In this document: positions 11,804 through 23,617 of the stretch, one piece after another
Numbering within the stretch: position 1 is the first letter of the stretch
How the letters are laid out: each line of letters begins with the position of its first letter
Source of the DNA: Octopus bimaculoides
Taxonomy: Eukaryota
Length of the DNA stretch: 35,779 bases
NCBI RefSeq assembly: GCF_001194135.2
Contig: NC_068999.1
Span: forward strand, 40,096,137 to 40,131,915
Reading direction: 5' to 3'
Notes under the pieces: generated by a model
Seen by the model: the letters and a program-made list of their open reading frames with translations, nothing else
Told to the model about the DNA's origin: nothing
The model's database searches: none
Position numbers and translations under genes: made by a program

Positions 11804-13194
11804 TAATTTTAAATTATATATATCCATATATATATATACGTATATATATGGAGATGGATCCATACATACATACATACATGCATGCATAAACACACACACT
11901 TATATATATTATACCATTGCTCTCTTTATCTTTTTATCCTTATATATTTACATATATATATAATGTTTAGGTACGTATATATTTACTTTTGCACTTCACC
12001 TTATATAATATAATTCAATTTACGTTGATAAACTTTGCATAACATTCGTTATTTATGGCGTCACAAGATAAAACCTAGTTTAAGAAACCATTAATTTCAT
12101 TATTGTACTTCTCGCTCTAAACTGAATAATAATTTCCTTTAAAGATGTATGCCATCTACATTGATCATCCTAATGAAGAAGTTAAAAATTATAATTGATG
12201 CATTTGGTTATCTTCAAATGCCCGATTTGGTCTTTCAGCTGGGATTGTTCTTCATTATAATGAATCATTATTGTAAATATGATAGAAATAGCTCTAGATT
12301 GTTGGGATTCATAGTGAAAGTAGAACAGAAATATGTAAGAGATTTATGGTTGCTTACGTCACATATCCGTAATCTTTCGGTCCCAGAATTTTAAAATGTA
12401 GCCATTACTTCGGTTGCATTTGGACTTAAGACCTAAAATTTTGCAAATCTCTTGGAATATTGCCCAACGTTATAACACCTGCACCAATCTGACGTTCCTG
12501 GAAACAGCAAAAGATTGAATAGAAGACAACGCTTGTCCCCCCCCCCCAGTTTTCTCTGACTTTTCTCAATTTCCTGTGATGTATGCCATGTAAGTCTAAT
12601 TTTCAGGTTTCTGAGGTAACAATTTCTAAGCAGCAAACAAGAAACACTTGTTAAACCTCGAATGCGATGAGTTATTTGTAAGGGAGATTCATAAGCGAGC
12701 TCATAGATTTTTCAATTTTACTGTGTTGTTTTCGGAAGATCAAGGTGTTGTTTACTTGAATTTATGTTTCATTTCTACGGGTTCATTAAAACTCATACTA
12801 GTAATGTTCTTGGCATTCAAATGTGTTGCAATAGCTTGCTTTTATACGTTTATATATAATACTAGAATTAATATATATCGAATGATGTGTATATCACAGA
12901 TCAGATCGAATAAATTTTACTGATGAGTTGATAAAACTAATGTACATTAGCAATTGATATATATATATATATTCCATTGTTAATCTAAGTACTAAACTAA
13001 TGGATCTTCGTCGGTTTCGCAATGCATTGGTAATTCAGTTGATCGAAATACTGAATTATCTCCTCTTATATTTGAATGTACGTGACTGACTATTCCACAA
13101 ATAAGTGGAAACTTACCATAATACTCAAATAGAAGCGGTGTTGTGTACCCTCTGTGGAAAGGTTAAACTTTCGAATTTAAGGTACAATCCATGT

Positions 13195-13352
13195 GGCATC
13201 AGGCTTCTGAATAGTTTCCATATAACCAATTTAAACGACAAGGGTTAAGTCAATATGTGACTGCGTTATATACACCGAAATATTTCCCAAGATGCCACAC
13301 AACGCTATAACCCAGAATTCGTGATCAGAAAAATATATTCTTTACGACACGG
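13195..13352 (-). mobile_element. Degenerate 5' (tRNA-related) part of a SINE, same family as 27395-27563
   Basis: tatttcccaagatgccacacaacgctataacccagaattcgtgatc...tttacgacacggcttggctgc aligns by eye with the antisense SINE head at 27395-27563 and with my recalled consensus (cacttgcccaaggtgccacgcagtgggactgaacccggaacc...ttaccacacagcc). Confidence 0.5.
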
Positions 13353-13838
13353 CTTGGCTGCATTTTAATTAATCTTTATCCATTCAAAGGTAACACTAAT
13401 TAATAAATACAAGAATTTTGATTATGAAATATTTCTTTTGACGTCTTAATTAAAATGTGTAGTTTCCAAGCAACAAATAATGAACTGTATTTCCATTTCG
13501 TCGGATTTTTCGAATTCAACTTCTTTCGTAAACACACAAGTCATTGACGAATAATTCGGACAGATATCGCTCTAGAAATTAAACGTATAGTTTTATCAAA
13601 ATACCCAGGATACCGATGAAGTCACCATGTCTCACAAAAGTCACAAAACATTGCAAAAGAATAAAGAACGAAAGAAAAGCTTTTCAAATACGTCTGCATT
13701 CAGAACAGTAATAGCGTAACACGCAAGTCAATTTTGGAAACATGTAAATAGTATGATAAAACTACTGTCTCTTACCTTCACTGTTGTTGTTGTCGTAGTA
13801 GTAGTAGTAGTAGCAGTAGAGGGTGTTGCTGGTGTGGC

Positions 13839-13875
<37 letters not shown>

Positions 13876-14812
13876 CTCTTCTCACTCTATTGAATTAGAA
13901 TCAAAATAATTTAAACCAGTAGTTTTGGCAATTATTTGAAATGGAATACACAGAAAATCTACAAAAGTAAAAGCGTATTATTGGAACACGGCCAACTAAT
14001 TCAATTGCTGAGATTGACCAAGTATATTTCGATATATAACGTATTATATAAAATACTAGCGTACTACACACACACAAACACACATATAAATATGTATGTG
14101 TGCATATGTATGTATATATTTATGTATATATATATATATATATATATNNNNNNNNNNNNNNNNNNNNNNNNNNNNNNNNNNNNNNNNNNNNNNNNNNNNN
14201 NNNNNNNNNNNNNNNNNNNNNNNNNNNNNNNNNNNNNNNNNNNNNNNNNNNNNNNNNNNNNNNNNNNNNNNNNNNNNNNNNNNNNNNNNNNNNNNNNNNN
14301 NNNNNNNNNNNNNNNNNNNNNNNNNNNNNNNNNNNNNNNNNNNNNNNNNNNNNNNNNNNNNNNNNNNNNNNNNNNNNNNNNNNNNNNNNNNNNNNNNNNN
14401 NNNNNNNNNNNNNNNNNNNNNNNNNNNNNNTATATATACATACATATATAAATTCATGAATGTGTGTCTCTGTGTGTTTTATGCAGGCAATACTTATTGT
14501 TTGTATGCAATGCTGATAACATAAGAATAAGATAGTTGTAGGAGCTACAGAGAAAAGGTGTTTCTGTTGTGATGCAAAGTGTAAGGAATAGGGTGACAGA
14601 GAAAAGGCAGTTAAGATTAACAGGTATTGGATTTATAGTAAGTCAGTGCGTCACTTCGTACTCACAAGAAGAAATTATTTATTAAACTTGAGGTGAAAGA
14701 AAATATATCAACATTTAACGAATATCGATTAAAAGATACAGGTGTGTAAAGATCAATACAGCACAAAAGGCTTTTGCACCTCTTATGCATGTCAAGAATG
14801 AATTAATACTGA

Positions 14813-14844
<32 letters not shown>

Positions 14845-15036
14845 CACATGCGTGTCGATGCATTGCATGTAGGCAGAGAAAACAAAATAATGAAAACATG
14901 TTGAGGAATTTATACGTTCATAGCATAGTTTTAGCTATGAAAGAAGGTTCACAAGCGAGAAATATGTACATATACACAAAAGAAAATATAAATACTTATA
15001 TAAATGCCTTCCACACACGCCTACATACATACATAA

Positions 15037-15051
15037 ACACACACACACACA

Positions 15052-15100
<49 letters not shown>

Positions 15101-15161
15101 GGCATATATGGACACACACAACACAGAGTGAGAGAAAGAGAAAGAGAGAGAGAGAGAGAGA
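15037..15161. repeat. (CA)n and (GA)n microsatellites
   Basis: Seen directly. Confidence 0.92.
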
Positions 15162-15944
15162 CTAAAAAAAGGGTGAGAGGCAATAAGTTTGATGTCACTG
15201 ATGTAAGCAACGAACGAACGAAATATTTCAACAAATCTTAAAAACTGTATCGCTTATCGAGTTTTATTTGAATTATTTCACATAGGAATTAACTTTAACA
15301 TGTTTTACAGGCGCATGTTTTTTATACCTCTACACATTCATGTAATTTATAAAGTTTTAGGTGGAAAAATATATAAAATCTATGAATAAAAGTAACACAT
15401 ATTTTTTGCACTTGAATTTGTTGTTGCAATTGTTAAGACCGGTGTCACGTCCTGATCTTGCTGGCGTATGAACATATGGCTGTCATCCGTAGTCTCTCAG
15501 CAATTATTTTTATATCATGGGCCCTAGTGTGCGAAGAATCTCTGTCCAAATATCACCCTAAAATGTAATTTCTGTAGCGAAACACTTTGAGCTCTTCTTT
15601 CCAGTCTCTCGGTTAACTACGCAGATATATATTCCTTTACTAATACGATCACTGTTATATCTAATTTTATGTGTGTCTGTGTATATGTGTCCCTGTGTGT
15701 ATGTGTGCGTGTGTGTGTTTATGCATATACAATATACAGCGCATTGCAGCTTATTTTGGATTATATAGAAGAAATTATAATTTGCCTTATTTGTATTAAT
15801 CATATTCTTGTGTATTGACGTTCATAGTGCTAAACGCATGTTCTGAATCGCATAAGAGGTGATAAAACTGGGACGTATTTAGTCTGAACGTAGACATATT
15901 TTGGCCGTTGTTCTACAATTCTGATATATTGTTATAACAAAAGT

Positions 15945-16270
15945 ACTCTCAGTATTTAGAGCGAGAGCATCGGACTCATAATCATAAAGTAGTGAGTTCG
16001 ATTCCTGGACTATGTGTTCTGTTCTTGAGCAAGACACTTTATTTCGAGTTGCTCCAGTTCATTCATTTTCGATGCCGTTAGTGCCAATCTTTATTTGACC
16101 TTTGTCTCTGACTTCAATAACATCGGTGGCGTGCAATGGGGAGATTGGTATGCACGGGCGGCTGGTGATCTTCCATAATCAACTTTTCCCAAACATGTGC
16201 CTCGGAGGGGAACTTTTTGGGTGCAATTCCATGGTCATTCATGACCGAAGAATGTCTTTACTATTTTAAC
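15945..16270 (+). mobile_element. Near full-length tRNA-derived SINE (second family)
   Basis: A-box-like ctcagtatttagagc (~15947-15962) and B-box-like gagttcgattcct (15994-16006), then a central ttcttgagcaagacactttattt...ctccagttcattca block typical of conserved SINE core domains, and a 3' end ccatggtcattcatgaccgaag...cttta. The family match to Octopus SINEs is from memory. Confidence 0.78.
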
Positions 16271-16302
16271 CTCTTTATAATGTTTGCGTAACTGCTATAC
16301 TG

Positions 16303-16337
<35 letters not shown>

Positions 16338-17183
16338 GAAATGTTATAAATACAATTTTTCGTTTTCTAAGTAAAAATATTCATTTCGAAATCATAGAAA
16401 ATAAAATGTCATACTTGAGTATCTCGTCTTTGAAGCATGAATGCATATTGCTGAATTGTTGTCATACGAGTCTATCGTGCATCTTCCATCTTCTTGAAGA
16501 CTCTTGAAATGAAGAGGAACAAAATTAGAAAACATATATGTGTGTGTGTGCGTGCGCGTGCGTACGTGTGCATATGTTTGTGCGCGTTCATCGTGTGTAT
16601 AAGACTACTTGTAATACTTCCCATTGGTTATTATTTAAAATTCGTTTGTGTTTGAGATGTTGACAAAAATATAACATTAATTTTTTTTTATTCATGTTAT
16701 GTAAACAGAATTTGCCAGGAGAGATAGTTATTTCATAATGTCTACTTATGAAAACCTCGCATTTCACTGAAACCTAAAATCTTATAACTTTTTTGCAAAC
16801 ATATTTCACAAAAGTTTAAACACAGCACTGATGAAACGATGAATGTCACTGTCACAAATTAGCGGTGAAATCTCTAGAAACTTTCAAAATATATCATCTT
16901 TAAGAAAGTGAACTAAAGGATGAAAATAAAGAGAAATTGGAGAAAAGTTAATCCCCAAGATTACGAGAAAACTGGAGAGCAAGTGATCGTATTCAGTGCT
17001 CCGTCGAAGCTAAACGAGATCAACTTCTGTTATTTGGTTTAGTATTGCTCTATTCATTGTGATTTTAGCAATTCTCTGTCGGCTGTGTCCTTTTAGCAGT
17101 TCTTTCTACTGCAAAGAATGAACTGCAATTATGGTGTGTAAAGCAGTGGTTAACAATTATTTTAAAGACAAAATGAATATATA

Positions 17184-17398
17184 CGAGATTAGGTGGGGCT
17201 AAAAAGTTGCTGGATTTACGTTAAAAAAAATACAGGAGGATCAGTTAATTATGATTTTATTCAACAAGGTTCATCTTTCAGATTCTCACACTTATTGCAG
17301 CGGTCCCTCAGCCCTATAATAGAACTCGGAAGATTGGTTCGCCCAACCAGGCCTTTGGCAACACGCTTAATGCTAAGAACTTTTTCAGCATCTCCTCG
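17184..17398 (-). mobile_element. Mariner-derived MITE (~215 bp) with TA target-site duplication
   Basis: TA at 17182-17183 and 17399-17400. Imperfect TIRs: cgag(attag)gtggggctaaaaagttgctggattta versus the reverse complement of the right end, cgaggagatgctgaaaaagttcttagcatta. The internal minus strand keeps the mariner transposase C-terminus DRCNKCENLKDE..VE* (cf. RW.KC....G.YVE). Confidence 0.8.
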
Positions 17399-19106
17399 TA
17401 CTTGTCTGAGTAACTGTTCAAAGACAGGAGGTTATGCTTTATTTGTTTATTGACAGATTACGAAAGATACGCTTCTAATTATGGTCATATTACTTAACTA
17501 TGAAAAACACTAGATTACTTACCTAAATACAAATATGTAGTGGACTTTATGTTACGAGCTGTAAACAATGGTGACATCTGTGACTCATGAATGAAAAATT
17601 AACGAAAGAGTTGAACAAGTGCCATATTCATGCATTTCCCTATTCATTATTCTACAAGGCTTTGTTTTGTCTTGAGTGGAAATAAAATTAATGCTGTGTT
17701 TTCATTTAAAGTGTAGACAATCGGGCTAAATATGTTTTTCATGTATGTTCTTCCGGTCTTCCATATCTTTTGATGTCTTTGCGAACAACAAAAGCAATGA
17801 AATAAACAGAGGGTGTGTATTGAATCGAATTCACACAATTCTGAATTCTTTAAACGCACGTGACTACCACGTGTCACTTTATATTGTTTCTAATGCATTA
17901 CTTTTGAGAGTAAATACAATGTTCATGGTCATTTCCATAACAACTAGAATCCAGTTATCCTTAGACTAAAGACTTGCCAAAATGGTTGCATCCGGCCGGG
18001 TTTCGGTAAAGCTATTGAAGAGCCAGCTGGACGATTTAAATGTAGTTCACTAGCATAAATGATAAAATACTGATTGGAAATTAATTTTCATTTCTCTTTA
18101 CTGTCGAGGACGAACTTACATTTTACATTTCTCGGAATGATAAAATAGGTTCCACTAAAATAACATTTTATTGTAATCGACAATAAAATGTCCGAAAATT
18201 GTGGACTTACTGCTATGTTGGAACACATTTCTTATTGATTTAAAATGTTAACTGTTGTCTACCTTGATTCAGAACGCAGTGATCTTTTTAAACATTCAAC
18301 TTGATCTCATCAGTGTCGGAGAAATATCTCTCAAGATATATTTGCCGAAAACATATTGAATATAACTCCATACATTATATCGCTTCCTAACAAATTTGCG
18401 GTTTCTCGATAATGTAAGAAAAGATAACTTAGTTACGGAGATAATTAACAGGAGACACGAAGATTCAGAGTGGGTTTGTGTGTTCCATGTTGTGAAAATT
18501 GTGTTAACCTGATGGACTCTCCGGTGCATTTAACGAGACAGAACTTGTCAAATGTAAGACGACTTGCCAATCTGCATAAAATGTGAATTAAACATAGCAG
18601 GGATAATTAATCGCTTGTATGCATTCCTTTTCTGAAACTAACAGTAGTACGAAAGCATGAACTTGTATATTGGTAAATCTATTAACTGATTAGTCTTCAT
18701 TGAATTCAAGATCATTGATTTGCTGTCAGTTACTTGCAAAGTTGTATGTTAATTGCTTCTCTAGTGATTATTCTACTCTTGCGAGACGAACCGATTTGAA
18801 TGTAACAGATTTTTACGTTTCATGTATTATATTATATATTATTATGTTATAACTCTTACTTATCCATATTACAGCGTCTTATTGAAAACTGCCGATCTTA
18901 TAATGTCTGGTATTGATAGGAATGTATATTCTATTATTCATTCGTTTCTTTTTTTAACAATTCCTTTTATTGTGTTGCGCTGAAGTCGGGTCACCAACGT
19001 TAAGGTTTTTCGTTGAATGTATGTTTTCTCCGTTTCAGATTGGTACATATTTTTATTGGCAATTTGTCGGTCTCTTATTTCTAGAGGCAAAAGTGTTATA
19101 TTGTGT

Positions 19107-19108
<2 letters not shown>

Positions 19109-19144
<36 letters not shown>
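19109..19144. repeat. (GT)n microsatellite
   Basis: Seen directly. Confidence 0.95.
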
Positions 19145-19149
<5 letters not shown>

Positions 19150-19652
19150 TGGATGTGTGCGTATGTGTGATGCGCGCGCGCGAGTTGTTTGTGTGTACAT
19201 GAATGCATGTGCAATTACATGCACGCCAGTTGTTTGTTATTGTTGGGGTGAAAAAAATATGTATTTGTTAGTATAATGGTTGTACTACTTATCATGTATC
19301 CGTTTAAATATAGTTTCAGACAGTTGCACACAATGAGTTAGATACTATGCATAAACATATATTAACCACAAAATATTTTCTGTATAGTATACCTAATGAT
19401 TAACCATATTTGTTTTAATATTTCGATGTTTTGGTTAAAGTAATATGAAAATAATAATGTTTTCATTTTTCATAATTACTCCGAGTCTACACTTCCTAAT
19501 ATTATTAGTAAACTGAATTTGGGAATGCGTTGTAGATACAGTTTATCGAAGGAAGAGCTTGCTTGCTCTCTGCAACATTTCAAAATATATTGTTTGGAAA
19601 TTAATAATGACAATGTCAAGAGAGTTGTTTATTGAATTATGATGTAACTTGA

Positions 19653-19738
19653 TGCCGGCTTCCAAAGAAAAGATATACATATATACATACAAACATATAT
19701 ACTTGTATATATGCATATCTTTTCTTTGGAAGCCGGCA
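19653..19738. repeat. 86-bp near-perfect inverted repeat (35-bp stem, 16-nt loop)
   Basis: tgccggcttccaaagaaaagatat (19653-19676) is the exact reverse complement of 19715-19738. After one A/C mismatch (19677/19714) a further 10 bp pair (19678-19687 with 19704-19713). Confidence 0.93.
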
Positions 19739-20770
19739 GACATATACGTATGTATCTATGTATGTTTGTTTGTATGCTGGCATGAGTGTGTATCAACAGA
19801 AGAAAATTATTAATTAGTCACGAAGGTAATCACTGGGACAGAAAAATTACAAGGGAACTCTGCATTTAGAGGTAATTGCATTCTCCAGGTCAGAAAGAAG
19901 TCCATGAATTTTCCAAAATTATATGAAGACATTTGATGAAAACACGAAAATCCTCAGCAAATTTAATTATAACCAATCAATGTACAGAATCTTCAGATTT
20001 GGAGATTAGTATATTTCTGTTCGGTATTGATTTACAGAAGAAATGAACGGCAAACTGAATGGATGCTGTTATTCATGTCAACAGCCGGTATGATAATACT
20101 ACCTGCGGTAAGATATCTTGTCTGCTGTCTTACATCTTCCATTAGATTTCACGACTCTGAATATGAAAGGAAATTACTGATTTGATATATTAGCACAATA
20201 CTACACATTTCAAATATCAAGTATGTTCCATCAAGGCAACTATAGGTTTCTGTGACTTTCGTTAACAACTATCATAGGTTGAAATACACGGTGGAAGGCG
20301 TCAAAATGCAATCTCAGATGGTAAAGCTGAAGATTAATGCTTGCAATTTACCGGTTCGAGTATTTGCATTACCTCAAACGGCCCGATGGAAAAATTTCGG
20401 CTCCACTCAATTTGCTAGAGACAGAAAATAATTTTCGTTAAAAACATAACCTCTACACCCGAAAAATGTTATGAAAAGATCACTAGACAGAGACAACTAG
20501 AAGAAGGGCCAATGCTGGTACTCCATTATTTAATGATCTGCTGGATCATCGCTTTGTTAGCAGTGACGTTGTCATAAATAAAACGAGGATATATTACAAC
20601 ATATCAGTTATATATATATACAATATTTAATGGAAGTAAATGGAAAGGTTTCTTTAAATAACATTTCATAGAAGCATTCTAAGTATTACAGTACAGAATT
20701 CAGTTTTTTTTTATGTAAACAGCTTCTTGCTTCTAGAATACAAAATTCAGTATTATGAATTAGAGTAATA

Positions 20771-20990
20771 AAGCGGAGAGTAGACAGAATTGTTAGCACG
20801 CCAAGAAAAAAAATCTTCACAGCATTTCCTCTGTTTTTATATTCTGAGTTCATATTCATCCAAGGTTAACCTTGGCTTTCATTATTTTGGGGTCGATAAA
20901 ATAAGTACCAGTTAACTGCTGGGGATTGATTTAATCGACATACGTTCCTCCGAAATTGCTGGCTCTGTGCAAAAGTTTGAAACCAATATT
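20771..20990 (+). mobile_element. Octopus-type tRNA-derived SINE, near full length
   Basis: aagcggagagtagacagaattgttagcac (A-box region), ttctgagttcatattc (B-box region), then ggggtcgataaaataagtaccagtt...gatttaatcgac...aaattgctggctctgtgcaaaagtttgaaacc. It is clearly paralogous to 26710-26897 in this window. Confidence 0.8.
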
Positions 20991-23573
20991 ATGGATTTGA
21001 TTCAGCTGTTAAGCGCTTAACGATGAAAAATAACTGCCAAACGTAAGACAAGCCATCACTCTAACCTAATATGTGTTCTTCCTTCTTAGGAATTCGGAAA
21101 ATGTTGCATTGACATTGATATATTACTTATATATATATATATGTATAATGATATAAACGAATATCACAGCGACGTGTGGCTGGACATTGCAGGTTTTGGG
21201 AGTCTTCACAACAAAGTGTGAAGTCTCAAATAATTGATTAGAGCTATCTTGAGAATACGACAGAGCGCAAAAAAGCTAAATACTTAGTAGCGTCATTCTT
21301 TTTCTTCTCGTTCGAATTCCTGAGATGTATCATTTGTCTCTCAAACTGCTTATCGTTCAATGTGTGATTCGCCACAAAGTCTATGCTGAAATTTGAGACG
21401 GATATCACAGCTACTTTTAGCAGTTCTAGCCTTCACGTAGATGTTTTGTGGTTGGCTTAAGTCATTACTTGTTAACTAGGCCCGTGGCTTCGTTTCACGA
21501 CTAACCAATATTCTATGTAAAAATGCCGCCTGTTCTGAATAAGAGATAACCATTTAAATGTTTCTTGTCAGGTCTTACAATGTTTGCAATTTTAGTTCTT
21601 TATATTTTCGATTGGATTCCAGACGAAAAATCTTTAATGCAGCAAATTCGCTATAACAGAAATGCTTAATACGTTATTACTTTCGAGTGCTTAAATCGAT
21701 TCAACTAAGCGCACCTTTCATAATTATATCGATATGTACCATTATCACTATATATTTTTATTAATGGAAAAAATGTTAATTGCCTACTCTTAAGAACATT
21801 TGTCTATTTTTATGGGTTAAATAGCATTGAGTTGACAGCGTCATGGCAGATTATGGGGGAGCAGAGGTTCTTGTCCCAGGAAAGGAAGATCGTTACATAC
21901 CATGTCTCAAGAAATAATTCTGTTGCTTGTAAATTTTTAAAACCTAACTCAAACAACCAATGGGCAGTTTGTAGCGGTGGTCAATAAGTCAACAAGTGGC
22001 TCAGCGTAGCCAGTAAGGTTTCAAAAAGTCATCTTTATCCACACAATATCACTCACAAGACTCAGATTTATATAAACTGTAGAATACAAAGTGTATAAGA
22101 CAGTAGAATTATATCGAACATATGTTTGTGTGTCCAACTCCTTACAAACACGATTAAATGTTATTTATTTCACCTGCAAAAATCTTCTTATTATGGTTGA
22201 CTATCAAAGAGTCTTGCTCTATATTTTCTGCAGCCAAAATATAATGGCTGTATTTCAAACATATCATATTTGAAAAAACAAATGTGGTTGTATGATTTAG
22301 AATTAGTGACAAACTCACAGAATTATAAAAATATTTCATTTAAAATTGATAGATGAGCAAAAGTTTTAAAACCTATTTTTTAAAACGATTTAAGATTCCA
22401 TTCCGAATAACATTGAATATTTATCACTTCATTTTTAGTTTGTCGTCACTTATATGAAAAAAATGAACCGACTGGAATGTTGTGCGGTGAAGTCTACATC
22501 GCTGGAACTGAATCTTAAACACTTTAATGTTAGGAAGCTAAGAAATATATCTTCCATCTGAAGTAAAAACTACACTATCGAATATGAACGAAGACATCGA
22601 AATGTTACACGAATGGAATGATCCCTACATTAATGGCCTGCTAACACACACGGAAACATTCCAAGAAGCTCAGATACTAGTGTAATGATACTATCCTCGA
22701 GAATGTGCAGGCTGTCGCTTGATTTGCTAAATGTGACCACTAATCCATTGAATATTATTATACATTCTACTAATTCCACAAATAGATTGTACTTGAATAA
22801 ATTAACAACTTCAGAGGTGTTCCGTGTTTAAAGACAAGTCAGTTCGATCAGCTCTATGTAATTATAGAATCTTAACAACGCCATCGCCAATAACAGTGGA
22901 TCTCGAAGTACTTACAGTTATAAATAATGAGATGTAATTATTTGGCTGAAAAATATTCCTGCATAGAAAAAAAAACCACACACACTCGAAGAATGCTCAT
23001 GGGAATCGAATCCACATTTCTTGCAAACATGAAAGGTGTCCTACATTTGGGACAAAATAACCATTTAAGCATTTCCATCTACTTTAGAAACTTTAATCTA
23101 ACCAAGGAGAATCGTACGTTTTTTCACGCCATATGAATTTACAAACTTGGAATAATTATTTCTTTATTTCATTTTGAAACAATGCATATCGGGTTTTCTT
23201 TCTAATTCTCGATCCTAGTTTTCTGGAAGGTTTTTTTAGACCGAGTATCATTTCACGCTCCGAAGTTTGTAAATCCTTATATGTCAACAACAATACGATT
23301 TCTCTCATAATAAATGCAAATACGCACTATCTACAAAGATTATGTCAGATAGTTGACAAGTTGCTTCATCGATGGAAGAGCACAATCCCAGAAACATTAA
23401 ACAAATATTGCTAAATTAATAACTTGTAAGCCATCCGCGATACTGACAAAAAACAGTGGGTTATATATATAACTGCATACATACATAGACACACACACAC
23501 TTATACATAAATTTATAAATATACACACGTCTATATAATAAATATAAATTACATATATACATATATGTATATA

Positions 23574-23617
<44 letters not shown>

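Noticed and set aside
15945-16010. tRNA gene
   Set aside because: A and B boxes are present but there is no cloverleaf, and the sequence continues into a SINE body.
18270-18312. Other CUGANGA cores (e.g. 18306-18312 minus with a GATC/GATC stem; plus-strand cores near 8980, 12920, 16828, 25153 and 27124)
   Set aside because: GAAA is missing, or there is no stem II/III/I pairing in register.
20860-20875. Perfect 16-bp palindrome ccaaggttaaccttgg
   Set aside because: It lies inside a SINE at a position that is already semi-palindromic in the family; probably mutational drift.
21476-21503. actaggcccgtggcttcgtttcacg, resembling Helitron-like termini
   Set aside because: Too short and degenerate, and no matching other end was found.
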